DNA of 64,000 bases, from assembly GCF_000143415.4 (NCBI RefSeq), contig NW_003314307.1, positions 444,859-508,858 on the forward strand, in the 5' to 3' direction. This DNA is from Selaginella moellendorffii (lineage: Eukaryota > Plantae > Lycopodiophyta). Every line of letters begins with the position of its first letter. The stretch's first letter is position 1. The notes below the pieces were generated by a model. The model was not told the DNA's origin, did not search any database, and saw nothing but the letters and a program-made list of their open reading frames with translations. Shown piece after piece: positions 45,387 to 57,928 of this stretch. A program made the translations under genes and the position numbers.

Positions 45387-46378
45387 TCATTGGACTGCTA
45401 CTCTCTGATGGAGTCTCGGAGGAGAATTGTCCTCCAAGACGCGCTTTCTCTTCCTGGTATTCGCAGCTAACGTTTCAACCTCGCTGCTCTTTCCCCCCAG
45501 GTGACCGCTAACGAGGCGCTTGACATCGGCCAGCTTCACGGGCTTTATGATGAAGTCCTCGGCACCTTCTTCGTAGCAACTGTTGAAACGATCATCCATT
45601 CACACGGTTAGAAGGAGGTCGTCTTTAACTTGTTTACGCAAATTCAACCAACCTGTTTATCCTTTGTTCTACGTTTTCAGACGACATGATCACAACCGGG
45701 ATCTCCTTGAGTGAAGAAACACCCTGCCATCAAACCAGTGGACCCGCAAATCGGTAAACCTCCTTTTGGAAAAAGAAAAAAAAGCGATTTTTTTCACTCA
45801 CCTTTACTCTCTTCAGAAGATCATAGCCTGTCATATGAGGCATACAGTAATCCGTGATGATCATGCTGATTTGAATGCCCTGCGACGACCACAAAACCGT
45901 AAGCCTCTGAAAAATCTTTACTTGGCTGTGAAGAAAACTAGCCTTACTGCTAATTTAATTGTTTTTTCTCTCTTACCTCGGAAGGAGCTGCTGCTGGAGA
46001 AGCCTGTCCGTCAACAATGCCCAGAATTTCCAGCGCTCGCAATGCGCTGTCCACGGCCGTGACTGCAAGAAGAGCAAACAAGCAAGCGATTTCAATCGAG
46101 AAATTCATCGCCCAGATTCGAAGACTATCTTTCTTACCTTTGAACGAGGAAGAGGACGTCTTGAGCAGCCTCTCGATGACGGTCCGATCCACAAGGCTAT
46201 CGTCCACGGCCAGGACATGAATCTGCGAAGAAGAGGAAGAGGAAGAAGAAGTCGAAGGTAGGCTCAAAACGTGGCCTCCCCCTTCCTTGCTACTAACGAT
46301 GCCGCTGCTGCTCTCGCTACCCAGATCTTGCGCGGTGCTGCTGGCAGCTCCATTGGACCGCTTCACCCGCCTCCCCAT
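45387..46378 (-). CDS. Type-A response regulator (cytokinin two-component receiver), multi-exon
   Basis: [80 protein letters not shown]; no output domain. Confidence 0.93.
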
Positions 46379-46885
46379 TTGCTCGCTTCGCTCGATCGAT
46401 CGATACGATTGACGAAGTTATGAACACCACCACCACGAAGAAGAAGAAGGAGACCAAAACTCTCTCGCGCTCGCTCGCTCGCTCGCTCTTCCTCTTCCTC
46501 GAGAAAGCGAAAGTGAGGAAACCCCCGCGCCTGTAAGTCGCTAAGCTCGCTATTCCTTCGTTCCGAGAAGAACTCGCTACCTAGCTAAAAAACCGGGGAG
46601 AGAGAGAGAAGAAGAAGAAGAAGAAGAAATGATCAATGGTGACACGGATCGAACAAATTCCGGACGAGGAGATCAGATCATCAGATCCTGCGGGTGAAAC
46701 AAAGCTATGCTAAAACCTCGCGACTCGCGGCCCTCTATTTTCTCATTTCCCCTCTTTTTTATGGCCCAGTCAAACCACCACTTTACCTTCATTTAGTAAA
46801 GCCCCGAGGTACGTAGCCATGTACGGGTAGAAATCCTACGGCCACGATCCGCCGGGGGGAATAATCCAGGCCCTTGGTGGCGTAC

Positions 46886-47293
46886 GAATATTCCGCCGGC
46901 GGGATATTCGAGCCCCTTCCGGCCGTCCTGTCCCTGTCGGGCGGGATCGCATGGAAGATTTTGCCGGGTGGTTTTTTACGATTTTCACCGCGCTGGGTGA
47001 AAGCAGGTGGCGACGGCACGTGGCGGGCCCGCGCGATCGGATCGCGATTCGACGGTCGCCGATTTGCGCGTAGAAAAGAGATGCCGCCCGGGACCAAGAA
47101 TATGCGCTTTTCTTTTTCTAAAGTTGCCGCGATACGTTGGAAGATTTTGGGCGACTAAACAATGGCCCAATGGATTCTTTTCTTCTCCATTTTTTATCAT
47201 GATCTTCCAAATGGTAAGCGACTGACGGTGGAGATTGTCGCGCCGGGGCGTGGTTGTTTAGATCGGGAGCACATGTGGGACCCATGCATATCC
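46886..47293. promoter_or_regulatory. Upstream region of the type-A RR with four P1BS (GNATATNC) and type-B-ARR-like AAGATTTT motifs
   Basis: GAATATTC 46886, GGATATTC 46902, GAATATGC 47098, GCATATCC 47286; AAGATTTT at 46955 and 47141. Confidence 0.5.
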
Positions 47294-47717
47294 ACACCAT
47301 ATCTTCATTCTTGTGATGTCACTGGCGATGAAGCCGGGCTGGTCGGCCGCGATGGCGCCACGATAGCTACAGATTAACGGTCGAGTCAAAGGCTAGCGCT
47401 AGCTACTCTCCTGATCCAAGACAAGAAAACTAGGACAAAAAACTCACTCGCTTCGATCTTCCGCTCGCGAACTGGCGGGAGATATCCTCGCAGCGATTGT
47501 GCCGATCGATCCATGGATCTTAGCGCTTGTCTTTGTGCTCCAGATTCGTTCGACACCTAAACGAAGCGAAGTAAACGTGACATACAACAAGAGCGGAGAG
47601 CTTAAATTCGAGGACCTACCACTGTCATGACTCGTGAACAAGCGCTCGACACCTCTACTAGCTTCCAAGCCCCGCCTTTTTACGCATCGCCCAGGCGTGC
47701 TTCGCGCACTCTTGTCT

Positions 47718-48992
47718 TCATCCCTCCTTTGCGGCCGCGTCCATCTTTCTCTTCCTCTCCTGGGCCTGCAAGCAAAAGCAAAAACAAAAAGAGTTTTTGG
47801 CTTGCCGGATAAGTAAACAAACTTCCTGTGAACAGGCCAAAGTCACCCACCTCTTTGAGCTTGCGGAGGACTAAATCTTCCCGGTCACCAAAACCGGAGC
47901 CCGCGAGTGTAGCGTGATTTGCCGCCGGGGACGGGGAGGGGGCCCTGGCCGCCGCGGGAGTTTTCGTGTCTGGCGGGTTCTCTGCACCTTCTGGCCTGAA
48001 CGGATTCCCGAGAGGAATCACGAGCAAGGGATTGGCGATATGTCCACATTGCGACTGAGAGGCTTCGAGCTGTGTCACAAAAATGACGCAAGCTTAGCGA
48101 CTGAAAGCACACGCAAGGCAATCGCACAAAGGATAACGTCACGCAAGAAGAACAAAGCCACAGAAACCAGCGAGAGACCCACGCTTCACATAAAGGAAGA
48201 CAGAGAAAACTGAAACTTCGCACGACCATTTTCATGCCAACTGAGAAAGAAGAACTTAAAGAACACCAGGCCAGAGAGAGAGCATACGTACCGCGGACTG
48301 CGCAGTTACCATCACCACCAGCGCGACGCCTTTCTTCTTTTTTTCAAGTCTCAGCACGTCCTCAACCGGGCCAAATCGCTGAAATATACCGCGCAAGCTT
48401 TCAACATCGTATCCCGGAGTGCCTGCCAAGTCCCACGTAACTTTGAGCGCCTTGTCTTTGTCCTCTTCGCTCACGATGATATCCACAGGCTTGCCAGGCT
48501 CGATCCCATTCCTACCCATCTTCTTCTGCGATTTCTTCACTCGTATCCTGGCAATCTCCTCCTTGAGCCTCTGCGCGGCGCTCACCTCCGCCGCCTTCTC
48601 CCTGCGCTGGAGCTCGAAAGCAGCCTCTCTCTTTTGTAGATCATCCACCATCTTCTGGCGCTTGGCGCTCATCTCTTTCTTTTCCTCCTCCCTCCTCCTC
48701 CGGAGGAGCTGGAGCTCGTCGTACGCCTTGCGCGCCTTGGCATCGGACAGCACCTCGAACGCATTGTTGATGCGATTGAACTGAGCGGCTGGAAGAAACG
48801 AAGGAGAAATTTGAGAAGAAGATCTCTCAGATTCTACAAGTTACCTGCAGTAGCATCGCCGGGGCGCTTGTCTGGATGCCATTCCAGGCAGCGCCTCCTC
48901 CACGCCTTCTTCAACTCGGTTACCTGGATCGCAGCGCCATCGACACCTCCAGGCAATCCCAGCAGCGCGTACAGATCCTCCGTCCCCTCCAT
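47718..48992 (-). CDS. J-domain plus RRM protein (DNAJC17/Cwc23-like), multi-exon
   Basis: DLYALLGL...KKAWRRRCLEWHPDKRP, AFEVLSDAKARKAYD, coiled coil, LKVTW...LRGIFQRFGPV RRM, EDLVLRKLKEAQE. Confidence 0.88.
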
Positions 48993-49079
48993 TGCCCCTG
49001 TTTAACCCTAGATATAAGACCCTAATGTCACGAATAAATGAGTATTAATTGAGAATATAATGGCTATTTGAGTTGGCTG

Positions 49080-49179
49080 NNNNNNNNNNNNNNNNNNNNN
49101 NNNNNNNNNNNNNNNNNNNNNNNNNNNNNNNNNNNNNNNNNNNNNNNNNNNNNNNNNNNNNNNNNNNNNNNNNNNNNNN
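49080..49179. other. Assembly gap (100 N)
   Basis: Run of N. Confidence 0.99.
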
Positions 49180-49195
49180 AAGATTGATCTGGGCT

Positions 49196-50335
49196 ATGGC
49201 GGTGCCGGATCCTTTCGCTCTCCTCCCGGACGAAGTGGTGATCGACATTCTCCAGCGCATGGAGCGACACGAGGTCGCGATCCTCGCAACGTCAAGCGGA
49301 GCTGTGAGACGCCTCCAGTTCGAAGTAGCGTCCATGGCCTTTCGCTTCAACATCCCGGACAATCATGCCTTGGTCAAGACTCAAGAGGCACTATTGCAGC
49401 AGCTATCCAAGGCGAAAACCTTGTCAAAACTACGCACTGTGTTGGATAGCAATGTCGGTGGGGGGTTGTTTTCATGGAAGCCGTTCTTGCGTTTCGCTCC
49501 GCCATCCCTGGAGACCTTGGAGCTGGAATCATCTCGGAGTTTGCCGTGGGTGGTCTGGTCAAGTAAGGGTGTTTGCCGCAAGGTGGGGCAGTTGATACGC
49601 ATCACCGTCAAGTGGGGAGGTAGAATCACTTGCACCAAGGCTTGTGAAGCTCAAAGTGATGGAGATCCGCTCGAGCTTCTACCTGCCAATGGATCCTCCC
49701 TGTGAGAGTACCACGATTAAGAATGAGTGTCTCGAGGATCTGGTGCTGCTTTTCAACGTAACCACCTGCCCTCTCCCACGCGTCCATTTGGAGACGCCCA
49801 GTCTCAAGCGTTTGCACGTCCACGGACTGGAAGTTGCAACTGTAGATCCGAAGGAGCTGGAGCTTGTGCATTTTACTGCTGAGTTTTGTGGCATATCTGG
49901 GTTTGATCGAGCAGAGGCTTTGATCATCGAGGGAGAGTGGCTCCCCTTTTCTCTTGTGGAGAGATTTACAAGACTCCTGTTTTCAAGAACACCAAGGTAC
50001 GAAGCTCTCTTTTTCTTTGCTACACCATAGAACTGGAGAGCTGCTTTTCTATTCCATATTGATGTTTACTCCAAGTTTGGCATCACCTCAACAAACTTGG
50101 CGAGCTCGAGATGAAGATCCTTGGCAATGGCAGCGCTATCATAAATGTGATCGAAGGGGTGATGAAGTGCCCATTGCTGAAGCTCGTTGTCCACTGCCCT
50201 GATCGTAAGGCCAAGAGAAGGATTGGATCCCCAGCTCGTGCAGTGTAGGTTTGAGCTGGAGCGAGATTTCCAGATGAAGCTTGCTAACTTGGAAGCTCGC
50301 TATAGTGCTCATCTTTGCCTTGACTTTGATCCATA
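49196..50335 (+). CDS. F-box/LRR(-FBD)-like protein, exon structure uncertain
   Basis: F-box LLPDEVVIDILQRM; LRR-like SLETLELE and LETPSLKRLHV. Probable intron 49563-49623; the 3' frame is ambiguous, so it may be a pseudogene. Confidence 0.65.
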
Positions 50336-50559
50336 ATTAGCTTTCTAGATCTTTGCAACGTCAATTTCATGGTCTGTAATGTTTTCATTGAAACTTTGGT
50401 TTAAATTTTAAACTGTAAAAATAGTTAATCCTTTAACTTCCCAGTTAAATAACCTTTTAGGCTGGTTAAAACCCCAACAAATCCAGATGAACTCGAGTGA
50501 ATATCAGTGCTGAGCTTAAAGCTATCTAGAAAGTTCCAAGCTTCATGGCTTGATTTTCC

Positions 50560-51380
50560 TGGGTATCACCCTTGTCATAAGCTAACCCTTGTCATATAAG
50601 CTAATTGTGGGGAAATTTACATATAATAATTCACTAAAACAACATTTAATTATAGTCTTATTCCCAATGGCCCTTCTAAGTGGTCAACTCAAGCTCTCCA
50701 CCTAGTAACTAGGGCCATCTACTACACTCTAGAGGAAGTGAAATTTATCCTAACCACTTGATTATCAATATGCTAATTATATTCTATCACAGCTTCTATT
50801 AAGCCATTTATGATGACTTCCCTACATGACCCTCCACTGATGTGAGTTACTGGAGCATGTAATATATTAGACATTCTACTCACCAATACATTGACCAAGG
50901 TTGTCCATACAAACCCTTTGATTAAGCACCATGATAAGGAAATCTAAAAAATTTCACCATTCAATTTTATGTCAAATTGAACCACCAATAGTGCAAGAAG
51001 TGAACATTGACAATGGAACCACCCTCCACAAATATATGGCAGCAATTTTTATGACTAAATTCAAAAATTTGCCCCTCCAAATCTTACATAATTAATTTGA
51101 AGCTAAATATCAACCATGGTTATCCACAAAATTGACTCAAGCCATACTTTGAGAACCCATTTTGCAAAGACCAATTGAAACTCTTATTCAACATTATCCA
51201 AGGGGAGGAGAAATACAAAATCAAGGCTATCCTCAATGTACATAAGAGCAAGCAATAAAAACACAAAGTGAAAAAGTTCCATGTGAAGTGGAAAGAATTT
51301 TCATTTTGCAAAGCAACATAGGAACCAAAGGAGAACCTAGCAAATATGTAAGATCTAGTGTAGGAATTTTTATGAGGTAG
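50560..51380 (+). pseudogene. Decayed chromoviral (Ty3/gypsy) integrase end with chromodomain
   Basis: 51200-51372 reads QGEEKYKIKAILNV...FHVKWKEFSFCKAT*EPKENLAN..LV.EF, a class-I chromodomain pattern with stops. Confidence 0.7.
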
Positions 51381-51805
51381 AACTTTATATTCCTATACAA
51401 AATTTAATAAAAACCATCAATTTGAGAAATTGAGAATATCCCAAGTTGGGTCCAAACGTGTGCTGAGGGTAAACTAATTAACATAGATTTAGTTAGGTCG
51501 GCAAGGCATAAGGAGCTATGCTCAACTCCCCTAAAAGGATATCAAACTTATAAATGTATTTTATAGAGGTTAGGTTTGAGTCCTAACTTTTTAGTAAAGC
51601 AAGGTTCCCAACCCTTTATTAGGACAAGGTAAAAAAAAGGGTATAAAAACATTTATATTTCACTATCATGAGCCTCTAGCCAGGGAAGCTGACTTAAGCA
51701 CACTATTAAGTGGTGAAATGCTCTTAGGGCAATGGTCAATAAAGTTATAGAATTGAATAGATACATTTGATATAGACATCAAACTTCTTTTACGGATGGT
51801 GGAGT

Positions 51806-52080
51806 TGTAAAGAACTAACTCCCCAAAGTGTCATAAGCTAAAAAAATTTTGGAATCACGACTAAAATGATAAAGAATTCATTAGATAGGACCAAGTTTAG
51901 GATCAACTTCAAGACTGCCTCCAAGATCGAGTTTAAGACTAAGTTTGAGATTGAATTTAAAACCGAGTCCAAGATTGAGTCCAAGCATTAGTATAGGTCG
52001 AGGGGTGAAAGCCCAAAGTAATCATCTCCTAGGGGGGGCAGCAGGGGGGTTTGTAAGGGGTTCCAAAAGTATAGTAGCGA
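51806..52080 (+). mobile_element. Highly decayed LTR remnant of the hexamer-array family
   Basis: PPT GGATGGTGGAGT followed by TGT, decayed hexamers and GGGTGAAAGCCCAAAG...GGTTCCAAAAGTATAGT. Confidence 0.55.
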
Positions 52081-53149
52081 TAATGAAGTCTAGGATCCAA
52101 TCTTAAAAATATTTTATAACAATGTTTCCAAATTGAGTTGAGGTTGAGACTGGGGGGTTAGTGACTTTAGGTGGGGGTGAGCACAGACTCAGAGGTTGCA
52201 ATAGGGGCTAGCCAAGGAAGTGCTCAAGAGCAATTCCTACTCCCAGAAGAAAAATTAACTATAGTGCTTTTAACTTATATGGAGTGGTGTTTTATTTAAG
52301 TACTATGCAACTTATTAGTCCTCACTTATTTTTAGGGGCTTGGGCTTTCCTTTTGGGATAGAAGTGGGGGAGTAAAAATACTTATACTAGGCTATTAAGC
52401 TATAATATTTCCCCTCAGGGTCCTAAAATAAAATATGCATCTAAAGCTTAATATTTAGAAGGTTTTATGATTAAGTCTTATTATACCAAGGGAAGTTAAG
52501 AACCTGGAGGCTTGGTATACATGGTTTTTTGTGTATATGGGGAGTGTAATCAAACTTTAAATCTAATCTAACTTAGAGAGGGGGATTGAGAGAAGACTTA
52601 GGAATCTGTGAATTGATGGCTAACACTAAGTTATTTATGTAGTGAGTAGTTGAATCCAAGTAGAACCAAGTAGGAGTTTGTATAATAGGTGGGAATCTTG
52701 GCAAGAGAATTTAATTAAGGGCAAGGCAAAGGTGGTTGGATAAATGAGATATGTTGACAAATTGAAAAGGAAAAATTTATAGTTTATACATGATTATAAG
52801 AAATACTTTATTGTTTATATGGTTTATTTGGTTGGAGAGAAGAAACTATACTATGATTTTATAAAGCTTTTATTAGTGTAAAATGGGATATTATAGTCAA
52901 ATTTTGAAATACTTCATGGTTTGTTACTAAACATGAATTTGAGAGTAGAGAATGTAATAGCTTTTACATCAGATAGACCATACTTGAGTTTCAAGTGGTG
53001 AGTTCTAGCATAAATGTGTTCCAAAATTTGAGAAGGATTTATTCCAAGATTGTCAATATATATTAGGTAGCTTATTAAGGGTTCTTACTACCATAACCAA
53101 TCAACCCATCTTTGATACTACCAACAAGCTAACTTAAAAAAATTAAGTT

Positions 53150-53425
53150 ATGGTGGTGGAGAAGTTGTTTAAAAAATAAAGAAAAGTTTATATGAAACAC
53201 ATGGTGCATTTTACCCATCTCCCGAGGAAGCTAAAGGTGGTAAGCCATATTAGTAATTCACCAGTAACTTACTGGTGAAAATCTTATCTCGATCTAAGAT
53301 AATTTCTTCTATCTTTCCCTTTACTCAAACTATTTATTCGAAAAATAGCTTTGCCAACCTTCTACAACCACTTCCGTTGTGGTGGGTATGAAATGCACCA
53401 TTTTAGAAAATCAATCCACCACCAC
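53150..53425. mobile_element. Fold-back/MITE-like element
   Basis: ATGGTGCATTT (53201) and AAATGCACCAT (53391) inverted repeats with further imperfect pairing; perfect internal hairpin TTCACCAGTAA-C-TTACTGGTGAA (53257-53279). Confidence 0.45.
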
Positions 53426-53630
53426 GAATATCATATCAAACATCTCACTCGAAGGGAGTCCTATAATGATGTCCATCATAAGATATTTTTATGAACAAAG
53501 GCTTTGCAACAAACCCCCATTAGCCTTAGTCATGTCTTTCACTTGTTGATATGTTGGATATTTCTTTATATAATCTTGAACATCCTTAACTATGTCTAGC
53601 CAGTAATACTTTCTTTTGAGTAAACCCATT

Positions 53631-55070
53631 TGTAAGACGCAAATCCCTGAGCCCCAAAGTGGAGCTAAAAAGGTGCTCTATGTTAGTGGTCAAAGTGGAA
53701 GTTCAACAAGCATAATATGTTTGGACTAAAGGCTCTGACTTGGAAAATCGAGAATGGGAATGGAACTCCAAACAAAATACTCAAGGAATGAGTACAAAGC
53801 AATTAGTGAATGAGTATCTAAAAAGGGATACAAAAAGGACTGACATATGGCAAGTGTTGTGACACATAGAAGTGTTATGAACCTGTCCAAAAAGGAGTTC
53901 GAGAAGGAGTCCAAAACAAAGTTTGAGATGGAGTCCGAGAAGGAATTTAAGATAGAGTCTGAGATGGAGTCTGAGAAGGAATCCGAGATGGAATCTGAGA
54001 TGGAGTCCGAGATGGAGTCTAATATGGACCCAAGATGGAGTCTAAGATGGAGTCCGATATGAACCCAGGATGGACTCGAGATGGAGTCCGAGATTGAGTC
54101 TAATATGGATCCAAGATGGACCCAAGATGGAGTTAAAGATGGACCTAAGATGGAGTTTGAGATAAACCCGACATGGAGTTTGAGATGGACCCAAGATGGA
54201 GTCCAAGATTAATTTGAGATGGAGTCTGAGGTTGAGTCCAAGATGGACCTAAGATAGAGTCCAAGATCGAGGACGAGAAAGAGATCGGGACTAAGATCGA
54301 GACTAAGACTAAAGCCGAGACTAAGAGTGATACCGAGGCCAAGATCAAGACTGAGATCGAGACCGAGGGCGAGACCAAGACCGAGACCAAGACCAAGATT
54401 GAGATTGAGTCCAAGATCGAGACCTAATCTGAAACCGAGTACAAGTCCGAGACCGAGTCTGAGTCTGAGTCCGAGGCCAAGTCTAAGTTTGAGGGTGAAA
54501 GCCTTCTCCCAAACCTTAGGGGGTTTGGTGAGCTCTAAAAGTATAATAGGGGAAAGACTCCGATGGTGCCAATTTGGCTAGGAAAGGCCAGTGTGACCAA
54601 GGAAGGCTATACCCACGTATTGAGTGATGATATAACCACTAAAGAGTCCAAGGCTAGAATGAATATAGATAGATAAATGAGGTATCTTAGTGAAGTGTTC
54701 AAGAGCCAACTTTAACTCCCTCGGGAGATAGAATGGTCGATGCTTCTAGTCCAAGTGTGGGTGGCACTACCTACTTGGATACTTAATGTGGCTTATTGGG
54801 ACCTCACTCTAGCCACATAGCTAGGGCACCCAAAGGCAGAAGGTGAAGAGAGTACTAACTAGGCTCGTGTAAGGCCATGGTGTTTCGAAATGTCATCCCA
54901 AGGTCCTAGTGTGGAAAGGAAGAGGAGGAGTCCTCTTGTGTAGAGACCAAAGATACGGTCATGTGATGAGGAAGTTCTAAAGGTCAATAGGACTTAGTGG
55001 TTAGTCTTTCAAACCTAGACCCAGTGGCGGTGTTGGCAAGCACTGCCAGGGACAAAGAGGGACTTGGCAG
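53631..55070 (+). mobile_element. 3'-truncated LTR of the hexamer-array gypsy family
   Basis: Starts TGTAAGACGCAAATCCC and is colinear with 7700-8940. Confidence 0.82.
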
Positions 55071-55489
55071 GTGTAATACAATCTATTTTTCTTCCCTTAA
55101 TCCAACTGGAAAAGGGGCAATTACTTGATAAGAAAGCTTTTAGTGGTTATTTTATCCCTATTTATCCCCCAAGGTTCCAAAGATCCATAGTGATAGTATA
55201 TTCAAATTTCATCTCATGATCACATACACTACACTCCCCCCCTTCCCCCCCCCCCCCTTCCCCTTTCAGAGATCTTAATATCCTCATTAACTATTGACTA
55301 ACAACCTCTATTAAGCCAAGGGGAACCAACACTTCCATTTCCACACTATATCTACTAATCCTTCCATTGTGTAGACTAATTATTCCATGTGAGGCAAGTC
55401 ATCCACTTATACCGCAGTCCTATGGTGGATACATTTATCTATAGATACTCCACAAGAGGAAGGACGTACACATGGATGCTCAATACATA

Positions 55490-56054
55490 CCTGGGGACGA
55501 TCGCTTTGGGCTTTCACCCAACAGCCTATATTAGTATTCGGACTCGGACTTAGACTTGGTCTTGGTCCCGGATTTGGACTCAGACTCGGTCTCGGTCTCG
55601 GTCTCGGTTCTATTTCGAACTCCATCTCAGACTCCATCTTCTTAGACTCCATCTCGGGTCCATCTCAGACTCCATCTCGGGTCCATCTCGGACTCCATCT
55701 CGAACTCTATCTCGGGTCCATCTCGGACTCCATCTCAGACTCCATCTTGGGTCCATCTCAGACTCCATCTCGGACTCCATCTCAAGTCCATCTTGGACTC
55801 CATCTCAGGTCCATCTTAGACTCTTCCACGTGTCATGTGTTGGTCCTCTCGTGTCCCTTTTTTAGAGACTCACTTATTGATCACTTCATGTTTGTTCCTC
55901 AAGCCCGTCGTTGGGAGTTCCACTCCCGCTCTCAACCTTTCAAGTCGGAGCTTTTAGTCCAAACGTGTTACTTTCATTTAGCTTTCACTTCGGCCACTAC
56001 CACGTGGCACCCTTTTGGGGCTTAGGGATTTGTGTCTCACATCCTCCTCACCTC
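55490..56054 (-). mobile_element. Partial LTR of the same family with PPT
   Basis: GGGATTTGTGTCTCACA ends at 56041; minus-strand PPT GAGGTGAGGAGGA at 56042-56054; hexamer array present. Confidence 0.78.
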
Positions 56055-57269
56055 ATCCACAGTTTTTTGTTTGACTAGAGGCTCCACCTTCGAGACTTGT
56101 TTCCTTTCTGTAATGATAATTCCTTTGTGAGACACAAATCCCTAAGATGCTCTATTTCGTTAAAGTGGGATTTATTCAGTAAAATGGGACTAGGTACAAA
56201 TTTTCAAGTATTTGAAAATGACGTGAAATTATATGTTTTTTGTCCAAGGGCTAGACATATTTGGGGCATGGTGACTAGCGCGGTGACTTTATGTCCAGAT
56301 TGAGTCCATCTAGTTGTATAATAAATCTCATTGTCAAGGTGAACAAGCCGAATCTGAAGCTAAAGAAGAGCGATGGCATGCACGCACACACTATTTGTTT
56401 GTTCATTGAGCGTGTGGTGAGCTTTCCAAGATGAACGTCATTCCTATTAGCCAGACATATAACTTAATGGTGAGAACATTTAGATATTATTCAATGTTAT
56501 CTTTTTCTAACGAATCTAATTGTGAAGGTGTAGCAAGAGGCATTGCTAGTCTGGAGAAGTCATTTAACTCATTTGACCCTTGAAATTTTCATGAAACTAA
56601 ATAACATTCATATTATTAAGGAATTTCTCTAGTACCTTTTTTTTACAACATAGAGGCTTGCATTTCTTTCAAAGGTGATTTAGTAAAAGGCCTAAGGGCA
56701 CATGCCATTCTATTTCTCAGACCGGTATTAAGATATACTAGTGCAAAGGGAAAAAGGTATTTGGTGATCAAGTAAATGGCATGAGGGCACACGCCATTAT
56801 AAGCCTAAGCGCTAGTGGACACCTCCTTTTTGGTACTCTCAGCGGTACTATCATCCTTCTCCGGGTCAGTTGTTTTGCTTTGGATTGTTGTCTTTGACGT
56901 TACTGGGGCGTTCTCGATAGTTGTTAATGTTGCCGTTTGTTCAGAAAAATGATCACCTGGAGTATAGTACAGGGAGTTTGGAAGACTTATATATTCTACA
57001 TCTTCACCTATCTCCTTCTCCGTCTCCTTTTCTGCCTCACTTACAGATTTTGTGCTTGCCATGAGAACGCTCTTCACCCTAAAATATGGAGTTTGTTGTG
57101 TTATAAAAGGAAACCAACACACACGCTGCAAGGGAATGATGGTACATAAAGCACGTAAGCCCACAATATGGGTTTATGTGCCATTAATATGGGCCACACG
57201 CCATATTATTAGATTTATGCATGTGTGATTGGTAAATGCATATATCACATCATCTTAGGCCACATGCCA

Positions 57270-57928
57270 TCACGCCTCCTCTGATTCAGATTCGGATTGT
57301 TCACCTTGAAATAAAATACATTAGAAACTTAGTAAAGGAATATTAATGAATCTCACCTTGAACCCGGGTTATGAATGCTCTTGTTGCATCTCTTGCATGG
57401 TCTGGCAAGGTGATGGTGGCACTCTGCTTCCGCATCTAACCATGCACAACATTATCCACCGATATGCTCATGTTGGGATCCCTTGGATTCAGCACCCATC
57501 TCTTTTCTAGGCAATCCTTCGTATATCCGGAACTTGGCTTTAACCACTCCACAGTTACATTGAAGGAGTTAGTTTCCGCGTCCTCCTCTGCATCAGTGAT
57601 GCAGCGCCCCACCCATATCATTTGTTTTTTATTACTGGGTCTGACAAGCACGACCATTCCTTTGCAGACCTGTACTGGATTGAATGCTGAATCCGGCTTC
57701 TTGTTCCTCGGCCCACAATAGTGATCCTCAACATCGTTATCTGTCACTACATTTCCAGAGGACATTGTTCCGCTACTATCTGGTGCTCTGGGTTTTGGCC
57801 AAAAGGACTCTTCCAATTCTTCATATACAACCGGCCCATTTTGGATAGCAGATATAATCTTCTCCCAGTATTCGAGCAAAGGCTTGCACCTCTGAAAATA
57901 GGATTCTCCACCAAACACCAACCCCCTC
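57270..57928 (-). pseudogene. 3' fragment of an unidentified, probably transposon-associated gene, cut by the LTR insertion at 57929
   Basis: ORF ..SFWPKP..YCGPR..GMVVLVRP..IWVGR..VTVEWLKP..W (beta-barrel-like). After an in-frame stop it continues to a spliced last exon EQSESESEEA*. Confidence 0.45.

Noticed and set aside
49560-49650. Frameshift in the F-box gene
   Set aside because: Explained by a plausible GT-AG intron at 49563-49623 that restores the frame.
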